This document shows positions 42,568-51,864 of a stretch of 64,000 nt of DNA, in pieces. The DNA lies in the NCBI GenBank assembly GCA_963737655.1, contig CAVTTN010000002.1:6720001-6784000 (forward strand). Direction: 5' to 3'. Under the pieces are notes generated by a model that was given only the letters and a program-made list of their open reading frames with translations, did no database searches and was not told the origin of the DNA. The DNA comes from an uncultured Planctomycetota bacterium. Lineage in GTDB: Bacteria > Planctomycetota > Planctomycetia > Isosphaerales > Isosphaeraceae. Both the position numbers and the translations under genes were made by a program. Numbering within the stretch: the first letter of the stretch is position 1; the number at the start of each line of letters is the position of its first letter.

Positions 42568-44398
42568 GCTTGCCCGCCCCTCCGGCGGCGATCACCACGA
42601 ACTGGCGGCCGCGGACCTCGTACGTCGCCGGGGTGGCGTAGCCGCCGGCCGGCAGCGGGTGCTCCCAGAGGAGCTTCCCGGTCGCCTTGTCGAAGGCGTG
42701 GATCCGCTCGTCCTTCGTCCCGGCGATGAAGACGATCCCTCCGGCCGTGACGATCGACCCCCCGAAGGTCTCCGTCCCGGTCCTCGGCACGCCCCGGGCG
42801 GTCAGCTCGGGGTGCTCGCCCAGCGGCACCTGCCAGGCGAATCCGCCCTGGTTCAGGTCGATGGCCGTGAGGACGCCCCAGGGCGGCTTGATCGCCGGAT
42901 ACCCCTCGTGGTCGAGGAACTGGATGTAGCCGGTGTGCCGGAACGGGCCGTGCCGGCCCACGTCCTCGGGCTTCGAGTCGGCGATCGTCAGGAGGTTCGG
43001 GACGTTGTTCGAGTTGACGTAAAGCAGGCCCGTCGTCGGGTCGAACGACGCCCCGGACCAGTTCGCCCCGCCGTGGAACCCGGGGATGACGACGGTGCCC
43101 CGGGCGCTCGGCGGGTTGAACGCGGGGCCGTTCCGGACCTTCTTCAAAAGGGCCAGGGCCGAGGCCCGGTTCGCCGGGCCGATGTCCGTCACGTTCGTCT
43201 CGTCGAAATGCTGGGCCGCGAACGGAGGCGGCTTCACCGGGATCGGCTGGGTCGCGGCGGCCCTCTCGCCCGGGACGTCGGAGGCCGGGACGGGCCGGTC
43301 CTCGACCTCGAACAGGGGCTTGCCGGTCTCCCGGTCGAACAGGAAGACGTATCCGGTCTTGGTGACCTGGGCGACGGCGTCCACGGGCCGGCCGTCTCGG
43401 GTGACGGTGACGAGGTTCGGGTAGGTCGGCAGGTCGTGGTCCCAGAGGTCGTGGCGGAGGGTCTGGAAGTGCCACATCCTTCGTCCCGTGCGGGCATCCA
43501 GGGCGATCGTGCAGTTGCCGAAGAGGTTGTCGCCGAGCCGGTCGCCGCCGAAGAAGTCGAAGGCGGGGGAGCCGAGGCCGGCGAAGACCATGCCGCGGGC
43601 CGGGTCGACGCTCAGGCCGCCCCAGGCGTTGGCGCCCCCTCGGTCCTTCCACGAGTCGCCGTGCCAGGTCTCATGGCCGAACTCGCCGGGGCCGGGGACG
43701 GTGCGGAACCGCCAGAGCTGGGCCCCGGTGCGGACGTCGAACGCGCGGACGTCCCCCGGGGCGGCGATCCCCGGCCCCTCGTCGCACGACATGCCGAGGA
43801 TCACCGCGTCCCGCCAGACGACCGGGGCCGAGGTCGGCCCGTAGGCCAGCCGGGCGACCTTCGGGTCGAGCTCCGGGCGGAGGTCGCGGACGCCCCCGCG
43901 GCCGAACTTCGGGTCGAGCTTGCCGGTCCTCGCGTCGATCGAGAACAGGCGGCCGTCGGACGTGCCGTGGAGGACCCTCCGCTCGCCCTCGGGGCGGCCG
44001 TCGGACCAGAACGCACACCCGCGATTGACCCCGCCGGAGGCCGGCTGGTGTTCATACGGGCGATCCTTCAACGGGTCGAACTGCCAGAGCTCGCGGCCGG
44101 TCTCGGCATCCAGGGCCACCACGCGGAGATACCCCGTGGTGACGTACATGACCCGATCGACGACGATGGGCGTGCATTCGATGGTCTTCCCGGCCCGCCC
44201 TTCGAGCTCGCCGGTATGGTAGGTCCACGCCGGCCTGAGCCGGGCCACGTTCTCGCGGTTGATCGCGTCGAGAGGGGAATAGCGGGTGCAGCCCGGGTCA
44301 TGCCCCACGCTCGGCCAGTCGGAAGTCTTCGGTGCCTGGGCCTCGGCACGGACGGCCACGGCGATCAGGCAACCGAGGGCGACCCGGTGGAAACGCAT
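42518..44398 (-). CDS. PQQ-dependent (quinoprotein glucose-type) dehydrogenase
   Basis: Signal peptide, RYSPLDAINRENVARLRPAWTYHTG, NRGCAFW, HDLWDHDLP, GGANWSG, KPPWG, LPAGGYATPATY. Confidence 0.93.
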   Translation of the reverse strand: MRFHRVALGCLIAVAVRAEAQAPKTSDWPSVGHDPGCTRYSPLDAINRENVARLRPAWTYHTGELEGRAGKTIECTPIVVDRVMYVTTGYLRVVALDAETGRELWQFDPLKDRPYEHQPASGGVNRGCAFWSDGRPEGERRVLHGTSDGRLFSIDARTGKLDPKFGRGGVRDLRPELDPKVARLAYGPTSAPVVWRDAVILGMSCDEGPGIAAPGDVRAFDVRTGAQLWRFRTVPGPGEFGHETWHGDSWKDRGGANAWGGLSVDPARGMVFAGLGSPAFDFFGGDRLGDNLFGNCTIALDARTGRRMWHFQTLRHDLWDHDLPTYPNLVTVTRDGRPVDAVAQVTKTGYVFLFDRETGKPLFEVEDRPVPASDVPGERAAATQPIPVKPPPFAAQHFDETNVTDIGPANRASALALLKKVRNGPAFNPPSARGTVVIPGFHGGANWSGASFDPTTGLLYVNSNNVPNLLTIADSKPEDVGRHGPFRHTGYIQFLDHEGYPAIKPPWGVLTAIDLNQGGFAWQVPLGEHPELTARGVPRTGTETFGGSIVTAGGIVFIAGTKDERIHAFDKATGKLLWEHPLPAGGYATPATYEVRGRQFVVIAAGGAGKLRTKAGDAFVAFALPD

Positions 44399-44644
44399 GC
44401 GTCGCTCCCTGGAGGATAGGCGGCCGAAGGCCCCCGGCTCGTGGGGTCATTTCATGCGCCCTGCGCGGCCCGGCCCGGCGCGTGCTCTCGTGAAACCGGC
44501 GGCAATGGTGCTGCCTGGCGCCGATGTCCGACGAGCGGGGCCGCGGGGAAGTCGGCGACGGGGGCGGGGCGAAGGACAGGCCACCACGGGAGCGTAGCAT
44601 CCCCCGCAGTGCTCCGCCAGGAGGAATCCGCCGAGGGGCCGAGG

Positions 44645-45009
44645 TCAGGGGCCGATCGTCACCGCCACGTGGACCCGATCCTCGAAACCCTGCTCGATCG
44701 ACTCGATGGTCGCCGCCTTGCCCAGGAGGGCCAGGTCGAGGAGGTCCGCGCGACGACGCGGGTTCGGCCTGACGCGGTCGCCGGCGCGATGCTCGGCGGG
44801 GCCGAGGTGGACGCAATCCAGACGGCGGCGGTCGATCACTTCGAACGGGTCATCCATGAGTCGGCTCCTCCGACGGAGGCCGGAGCCCATGGAACGTGCC
44901 GTGAAGCCCATGAGCTGCTCGCGGGCCAGCGATTCGGTCCTCGCAGGAGGTCGCGGGCGCGGTCGTCCACGGACATCAGGGCGTCCTTCTCGTCGTCGGT
45001 GAGGGTCAT
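44645..45009 (-). pseudogene. Remnants of two conserved hypothetical genes
   Basis: Fragments MTLTDDEKDALMSVDDRARDLL.../RTESLAREQLMG and MDDPF...GDRVRPNPRRRADLLDLALLGKAATIESIEQGFEDRVHVAVTI, both broken. From memory they resemble genes of [NiFe]-hydrogenase accessory clusters (unverified). Confidence 0.4.
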
Positions 45010-45644
45010 GAATCCATCCCCGCCTCGGGCCCGCGATGCCGTTCGGCGACCTCCCGGGACCAGCCCTCACCTGGCGTGCCGAGGACCGGGAGAGGCCGGC
45101 CGCCTCGGCGGATTGGGCCGGGGCTCGGTCCAATCGGCGGGATCAGGATGATTTTCAGGAACGAGGTCTTGACGGCCCGATGTCGAGGATTATGATGAGG
45201 GCGTTGATGCTCATGAGGGGCATCGAACAACCGGCTAAGGCGGCCCCGTCGTGCGAGACCCTCTCTCGCATCCACGGGGCTTGTTGTTTGCGCCTGGCCT
45301 TCCCCCGTCCGGCGACCGGACGGCGCCCGGGTCGTGGATTCGACCCGGACTCGACGGCTTCGCGGTCATGAGTGCCGCTCCCCTGGTCCCTCGGCGAGTT
45401 TCGCCGACGGGCCGATCGGAGACGGCACCATGCGGACGTTCTTCCTGAGCCTGATGGACCCGACGCCCCGTCCAGGGCCTCGGGCCCGGGCCCGCCCTCT
45501 CGCCCTGAGCGGGTCGCTCGACCTCCTCGCCGGGGCCAGGCGTCCCTCGTCCGTCGTCGATCGCCTCGACGACGCCCGCCCCTCGCCGGATCGCGACGGG
45601 GTCGGTCCCGGGAATCCGGACCCTTCATCAACGGAGTGCCAACC

Positions 45645-45893
45645 ATGCTGGTCTTGAGCCGCAAGCCCGACGAATCGCTGGTGATCGACGGGGGAATCCG
45701 CGTGACCGTCCTGGGAGTCCGGGGCGGCCAGATCCGCCTGGGGATCGAGGCGCCCAAGGACGTCCGGGTCTTCCGCGAGGAGCTCCTGGCCGCCGACCCG
45801 GCGCTCCGGGTTGCGGATCGTCGAGTCGCGGGGATCGGGACGAAGGCCAGCCCGACCCGTTCGCTGCCCCCGGCCCGGAGGACCCTGCCATGA
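45645..45893 (+). CDS. csrA: Carbon storage regulator CsrA
   Basis: MLVLSRKPDESLVIDGGIRVTVLGVRGGQIRLGIEAPKDVRVFREEL. Confidence 0.95.
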   Translation: MLVLSRKPDESLVIDGGIRVTVLGVRGGQIRLGIEAPKDVRVFREELLAADPALRVADRRVAGIGTKASPTRSLPPARRTLP

Positions 45894-46195
45894 ACCGCCT
45901 TCGACCAACCGACGAGCCGGTCCGCCACGAGGTCCTGACCCGGCTCCGCGGGCCGGCGACCGACGCCGGCCCGGCCGTGGAAGTCGCCGCCGAGAACGGC
46001 ATCGTGACCCTGACCGGCCAGGTCGCCTCGGCCGAGGAGCGGGCCCGGGCCGAGAGGCTCGCGGCGTCCTGTCCGGGCGTCCGGCAAGTGGTCAACCAGA
46101 TCGCGATCGATGAGCCGAGACCGACCGCCCAGGAGGAATTCGGGCTGGCGAGGGCGGTCATCGAGGCGTTCCACCCTCGCCAGGGCCCGGCCTGA
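45890..46195 (+). CDS. BON domain protein
   Basis: VEVAAENGIVTLTGQVASAEERARAERLAASCPGVRQVVNQI. Confidence 0.9.
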   Translation: MNRLRPTDEPVRHEVLTRLRGPATDAGPAVEVAAENGIVTLTGQVASAEERARAERLAASCPGVRQVVNQIAIDEPRPTAQEEFGLARAVIEAFHPRQGPA

Positions 46196-46268
46196 GCCGT
46201 CGGCCCGAGAGATCGATCCAGGAGCCCCATCGCACTCGACTTGAAACCCCACCCAGGAGCCGACGACC

Positions 46269-47033
46269 ATGTTCCCGATCCGCACGATCCTCGCCCCGAC
46301 CGATTTCTCAAGTCCCTCGCTGTCTGCGGTCGAGCTCGCCGCCTGCCTGGCGAACGACTCCGGGGCCCGGCTGATCGTCCTGGAGGTCCGGGGCGACTCC
46401 GGGTCGGGCGGGGAGGCGCAGGCGGTCGCCAGGGATCGGCTGGGCCGCCTCTGTGCCTCGGTCGCGGCCTCGGGGCCGGTCGAGGGCCGGGCGGCGACCG
46501 GCGATCCGGTCGAGGAAGTCCTCCGCGAGGCCCGCGAGGTCCGGGCCGACCTGATCGTCCTGGGCTCGCTCCGGAGGAAGCCCTCGGATCGGCCGGGGAC
46601 CGTCGTCATGTCCGAGAGGATCACGCAGGGGGCCCAGTGCCCGGTCCTCTCGCTCCAGTTTCCGACTTCCGGCGCCGCCGAGGATCGGATGGAATGCGGC
46701 TGCGGACGCCCTCTGGCCCAGTCGGCCGGCGACGTGATCGTGCTTTATGAGTCGTGCCCCTGCACGGGCCGAGCCTCGGCTTTGGTCCATCATCGCGGCT
46801 TCCCCGAGGTCATCGGCGAGGGCTCGACGGTGGCCGAGGGGGCCGACCAGCTCGTCCGCCACCTGATCCGGGCCCGAGACCACGCTCGGGGGCCCTGGCA
46901 CCTCGACCCGATCGACCACGCCCTGGAGGACGTGGCCCTGTTCATCCGGGGCCTCCCGCTCGAAGAGGCGCCCCCGGCCCCGGCGACCTTCCGCGCCTAC
47001 GCCCCGCCCCCCCTGATCGAGGCCATCCCCTGA
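46269..47033 (+). CDS. Universal stress protein with extra Cys/His-containing C-terminal domain
   Basis: IRTILAPTDFS...GDPVEEVL...ADLIVLGS...AQCPVL, then CGCG...CPC...HHRGFPEVIGEG. Confidence 0.85.
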   Translation: MFPIRTILAPTDFSSPSLSAVELAACLANDSGARLIVLEVRGDSGSGGEAQAVARDRLGRLCASVAASGPVEGRAATGDPVEEVLREAREVRADLIVLGSLRRKPSDRPGTVVMSERITQGAQCPVLSLQFPTSGAAEDRMECGCGRPLAQSAGDVIVLYESCPCTGRASALVHHRGFPEVIGEGSTVAEGADQLVRHLIRARDHARGPWHLDPIDHALEDVALFIRGLPLEEAPPAPATFRAYAPPPLIEAIP

Positions 47034-47106
47034 CCGAATCGAATCGAACCTACCCAACTCACCCACGATCGAGCCTCGAATCCTTTCTCACCGAGGAGTG
47101 ATCGCC

Positions 47107-47940
47107 ATGATGCGAAGCCTGGTGATCGGACTGGACGGGTCGGACGACGACGAGGCGGCCCTGGACCTGGGGCTCCGCTGGGCCTCGGACTACCACGCCC
47201 TGGCCGTGGGCGTGGCCGTGATCGACGAGCCCGGCATCCTCAACTCGGGCGACGTCCTGTTCACCGAGTCGTACCATCGCCCGATCGCCGCGCCTCTGCT
47301 CGCCGACGCCCGCCGCAAGGCCGGAGAGATCGAGCGCCGGTTCGTCGACCGGGCGAGGAAGGCCGGCGTCCTCTACCGGATGCTGGAATACCGGGGGACG
47401 CCCCACGTCCAGCTCGCCGAGGAGTCGCAGGGCCATGACCTGATCGTCCTCGGCCGCCGGACCCATTTCGACTTCGGCTGGGAAGACGAGCCCGACGACA
47501 CGCTCGCCCAGGTCCTCCGCTCGGGCTCGCGGCCGGTCGTCACCGCCCCTCCGGCCCGGGGCGGAGACGGCCGGGCCGTGATGATCGCCTACGACGGCAG
47601 CCTCCAGGCCGCCCACGCCGTCTTCAGCTTCGAGGCCACCGGCCTGGGCCGATCCCGGCCGGTCCACGTCGTCTCGGTCGGTCCGGACCGCGACGAGGCC
47701 GAGCGCAAGGCCGCGAGGGCCCTGGAATTCCTCCGCTCCCACGACCTCGACGCCCGGCCCGTCCCCATCGCCAGCCACCTCGCCCCGGCCGAGGTCCTCC
47801 TCGATCAGGTCGAGCGGCTCGATGCCGGTCTCCTGGTCCTCGGAGCCTGCGGCCGGTCGGTCCTCCGCGAGTTCTTCCTCGGCTCGGTCACCCGGACCCT
47901 CCTGGAAGAATGCCCGGTGCCGGTCTTCTGCGACCACTGA
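47107..47940 (+). CDS. Tandem-domain universal stress protein
   Basis: SLVIGLDGS...HDLIVLG...VMIAYDGS...LLVLGACGRSVLREFFLGSVTRTLL...VPVF. Confidence 0.92.
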   Translation: MMRSLVIGLDGSDDDEAALDLGLRWASDYHALAVGVAVIDEPGILNSGDVLFTESYHRPIAAPLLADARRKAGEIERRFVDRARKAGVLYRMLEYRGTPHVQLAEESQGHDLIVLGRRTHFDFGWEDEPDDTLAQVLRSGSRPVVTAPPARGGDGRAVMIAYDGSLQAAHAVFSFEATGLGRSRPVHVVSVGPDRDEAERKAARALEFLRSHDLDARPVPIASHLAPAEVLLDQVERLDAGLLVLGACGRSVLREFFLGSVTRTLLEECPVPVFCDH

Positions 47941-48329
47941 CCGCCCGGGCGGATCGGCTCCTCCGACCATCCCCCCTGGGGTCCTGGATTCCAGGCACGG
48001 ACATCGGCCCCCGCCTCGCCGAGGACGCCCGCCCCGGGTGGATTCCGGGGACTCCGGGGCGACCTCGCGGGGCAGGGGCGTCGTCGCGCGCGGAACGATC
48101 GTTCGACCCCGAGATCGCCGACCGGGCCGGTTCCTTCGAAGGGGCCCCTCGGCCGGGAACATTTTGGGTGCCAAGGGTTCCGTTGTCGGAATCCTTGCCG
48201 CCCAGGACGCTTCCGATGACGCTGCTTCCGTGAAAGAACCGGCCCGGGGATTCCCGACTCGGCCCCTTCCGTCGCGCGCTCGGCTCCGATACCATCGAAC
48301 GGCTTCGAAATCGCGACGACGGCCGCGAG

Positions 48330-48776
48330 GTGGCCCCCGTGTCGCTGGACCTGACCGAAGATTTCTTCAACCAGTTCGAGGCCCTCCGACGGGAGAACGC
48401 CCGCCTCCTCGCCGGTCAAGGAGCCGGCGGCCCCAGGCCGCCCGATCCCGTGATCCCGGCCGAGGATCTGGCCACGCTCCGGGAAGAGCGGGACCAATGG
48501 CGGGAACGCGCCCTGAAGGCCGAGGCTGAACTCGAAGTCGAGGAGACCGTCACCCCGCCCGATTCGGTGATCTCGGCCGAGGATCTGGCCACGCTCCGGG
48601 AAGAACTGGCCCAATGGCGGAAGCGAGCCTTGAAGGCCGAGGCCAAACCTTCGGCCGAAGTCCTCCACTCCAGGCTGCACCTGGCCCTCGATCGCATCGA
48701 GAACCTGGAACTCGACCTCCTCGCCCGAGACCGACGCATCCTCGCCCTGGAAGGGGAGCTCTATGGAGGACACTGA
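48330..48776 (+). CDS. Small coiled-coil protein with a 39-aa internal duplication
   Basis: PPDxVIxAEDLATLREExxQWRxRALKAEA twice (117-bp period); overlaps the next gene. Confidence 0.7.
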   Translation: MAPVSLDLTEDFFNQFEALRRENARLLAGQGAGGPRPPDPVIPAEDLATLREERDQWRERALKAEAELEVEETVTPPDSVISAEDLATLREELAQWRKRALKAEAKPSAEVLHSRLHLALDRIENLELDLLARDRRILALEGELYGGH

Positions 48777-49941
48777 TGCCATCTCGGCAACCCACGCCAA
48801 CGCCCCTCCCGCATCAGGGGACGGCCCGGCCCCCTTCGTCCCGCCCCAGAAGACCTGCCCGGAATGCGGAGACGCCTTCGACCTCGCCTTCGACAACACC
48901 GTCAAGCTCCCCGGGGCCGATTGCACGGTCTATTATTGCGACCGCAAGCACGTCTTCCTGGAGACGGACAAGGGCGAGGTCCGCGTGCCGATCTGCTCCG
49001 TGGCCGACCCGAAGGCGAGCCTGACGGCGTGGTCGAAACGGGCCGAGAAGACGGGCGAGACGATCGCCGAGAACGCAGCCAGGAAGGCCAGGGAGGCCGT
49101 CGAGGGCCAATGGGACAGGCTGTCCCGGGCCCTTCGCCAGGAGCTCGACCTGGCCGGGATCAGGAAGCAAATCGAGGACGACCAGAACGGACGAACCCTC
49201 GCCGATTCGGCGTTCAAGGACGAACTCACCAAGGTCCTCTCGGCCAACATCTCGGGGACGTATCGCGCCATCGCCAACGACGTCGAGAAGGCCCTCAAGG
49301 ACGCCCTGGAGAAGCTCGGGACCAGTCACATTGCATCGATGAATACTCACTCCGCGAGCCTTGAAAAGTTATTCAAGAACTACTATGAGCCGATCCTCGC
49401 GAAAGTGGAGGTCCAGGCCAGGCTGGCCCAGGAGGGCCGGACGGACCTCTCCCGGGTCAAGGAGCTGACCACCGAACTCGCCGGGCAGGGATCGACCCTG
49501 GAGACGAAGGTCCTGCCGGGGATCGAGCAACTGATCGGCCGGGTGGAGACGCTGGAAGGGCTGGAAGATCGGATCAAGAAGCGATTGCGCCAGGCGCTCC
49601 ACGAGCGAGACCTCCTCGCCGGCCAGATCAGCCTGAAGGATGACGTCCTCCCCCTCTTCGACGCCCTGGACAGGGCCCGCGACGGCGACGGGCTCGCGGC
49701 CATCCGCGACCAGTTCGCCCGCTGGCTGGCGATCCGCGGCATCGACGAGATCAAACCCGACCCGGGCACGCCCTACGACGACGTCCGGCACTGGATCGAC
49801 TCGACCGAGCCGACCGACGACCCGGCACGCCACGATCGGATCGCCCGGATCCTCACCCCCGGCTACCTCTGGAACGAGAAGGTCGTCAGAAAGGCAAAAG
49901 TCATCACGTATGGCCATGACAGGGGGAGTGCGCGATCATGA
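48763..49941 (+). CDS. GrpE-like nucleotide exchange factor domain protein with N-terminal Cys cluster and long coiled coil
   Basis: C-terminus LPLFDALDRA...GIDEI...GTPYDDVRH...ILTPGYLWNEKVVRKAKV matches the GrpE head; N-terminal CPEC...C...CDRKH. Confidence 0.75.
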   Translation: MEDTDAISATHANAPPASGDGPAPFVPPQKTCPECGDAFDLAFDNTVKLPGADCTVYYCDRKHVFLETDKGEVRVPICSVADPKASLTAWSKRAEKTGETIAENAARKAREAVEGQWDRLSRALRQELDLAGIRKQIEDDQNGRTLADSAFKDELTKVLSANISGTYRAIANDVEKALKDALEKLGTSHIASMNTHSASLEKLFKNYYEPILAKVEVQARLAQEGRTDLSRVKELTTELAGQGSTLETKVLPGIEQLIGRVETLEGLEDRIKKRLRQALHERDLLAGQISLKDDVLPLFDALDRARDGDGLAAIRDQFARWLAIRGIDEIKPDPGTPYDDVRHWIDSTEPTDDPARHDRIARILTPGYLWNEKVVRKAKVITYGHDRGSARS

Positions 49942-51723
49942 GCCTTGGAATCCCGATACTTGGCCTGGATCTCGGCACGAGCACCTGCCTGGGCTGCGCG
50001 ATCCGGGACGGCCGGCCGCAGTTCATCCAGCCCGATCGTTTCTATTATCCGGCCGACTACTCGGGCGACCTGGCCTATCCCGAGTTCATCATGCCGTCGG
50101 TCTTCGCCGTCCATTCCCAGCTGGGCTACCGGACCGGCGAGAGGGCCCTGGAGCAACTGAGAAGAGACCCGAAGCTCGGCCGGGACATGGTTTTGGGGGT
50201 CAAGCGGGACCTGGTCATGGAGGGGCACCGGGTCTATCATCTCGGCCCGTCGAAGGAGGCGTTCTCGCCGTCCCGGATCGTCCAGCAATATGCGTACGTC
50301 CTGCGGGTGGCGGCCGAGAAGCAATGGAAGCTGGGCGAGGGGTCGATCACCGGGGCCGTCGTGGCGGTCCCCACGGCGTTCGGCTCGGTGGAGCGCCTGG
50401 CGACGCGGAAAGCCTGCGAAAAGGCCGGCCTGAGCCGCGTGGAGTTCCTGGACGAGCCGGTGGCCGCCGCGTATTCCCTGAAGCTCCAGGAGGAGGCGAA
50501 GAGGCGGCTGATCATGGTCGTGGACCTCGGCGGAGGGACGCTGGACGTGACCCTCCTGGCCGTGGGCAAGGGGGTCGGGGAAGGGGGGTTCGACGAGCTC
50601 GGCCGGGACGGCGACCCCCGGCTCGGCGGCCTGGACTGGGACCACGAGATCGCCGCCGCCATCGCCCACTCCCAGACGCTCCGCCCGGCCCTGCCCGAGG
50701 ACCTGTTGCGAGACATCCTCCGCCGAGACGATGACCTGAACCGTCGCGACGACGACGACCAGGCCCTGGAACGCGCCGGCCTGGTCCGCTATATCCGCCA
50801 GATCCTCTCCGAGGCGGCCGAGGGGGGCAAGAAGGAGTTCTTCGAGCAGTTCCGGGGCGTCAGCCCCAAGGTCCGGGCCCAGAAGCTGGCTTCGCCCCTG
50901 GAACTCCGGGCCAGCCCGAGCGTCGGCGGCGATCTCTCCAGGGAAATCCCCGGCTTCCCCGAGACCATCCCGACGGTGAAATTCCCGGGGCCGAACTACC
51001 TCAAGCGCACCGCCCCCCTGGTCCAGAGGTGCCTGAAGATCTGCGAGCGAGTCCTGAAGGACGCCTCGGCCGACACCGGCCAGGCCCTGACCTGGAACGC
51101 CCTGGACCGCGTGTATCTGGCCGGCGGAGGGGCGTTCATGGCCAGCGTCGTCCAGGCGTTCGCCGACGTCCTGAAGGACAACCCCAGGGTCACCGAGCCC
51201 TCCCTGGCCGACCAGCCCCAACAGGCCGTGGCCCTGGGCGCCGCCCTCTGCGCCGAGGAGATCCGCAACGGCCGAGAAGTCTTTCACCTGAACAAGAAGC
51301 GATGCCCCCGAGAGGTCGGCCTGCTGATCGACGACGGCGAAGGATCCAAGGACTTCCTCACCCTGGTCCCCCGCCACGCCGCCATCCCCTTCGCCGAGCC
51401 CCCGGACGCACACCCAACCCGTGAACTTCCCCGAGGACTGGAACGGCCGGCTGAGGATCGACGCGGCCGAGAGGGTCGATCCCGAGAACCCTTCCAAGCT
51501 CGTCATGTTCCCCCCATTACTCCTCCGACACCCCCCCTCGGACGCCGCCCGGCCGGAGTGGGCCACGGTCTCCGCCGAGGCCCGGATCGACGGCGTGATC
51601 GACCTGGACATCCGTTGGGGCAACCAGTCCGACACGATCCGCGTCGACATCGACCCCGTCCGCCGGGCGGCCCCGGAGGCCAACGGCCACGCCCACCCGG
51701 TCGACGAAGCCCTCCGACGCTGA
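49938..51723 (+). CDS. Divergent Hsp70-family protein (frameshift near 51415)
   Basis: GLDLGTST, AVVAVPTAFG, LDEPVAAA, VVDLGGGTLDVT, LGGLDWD, VYLAGGG, AVALGAA; C-terminus continues in ORF 51421..51723. Confidence 0.88.
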
Positions 51724-51864
51724 GCCCCGAACTGGCCCGTCCTAGGAGAATGGGAAACCTGGAGGGTCTGAGTAATTTGTTTGCCCGACCCATGCCAAAT
51801 GGTTAAGGTGGGACGCGACGACGACCGCTTCGGCGAGGCCCTCGGGACGAGGTGGACACCCATC

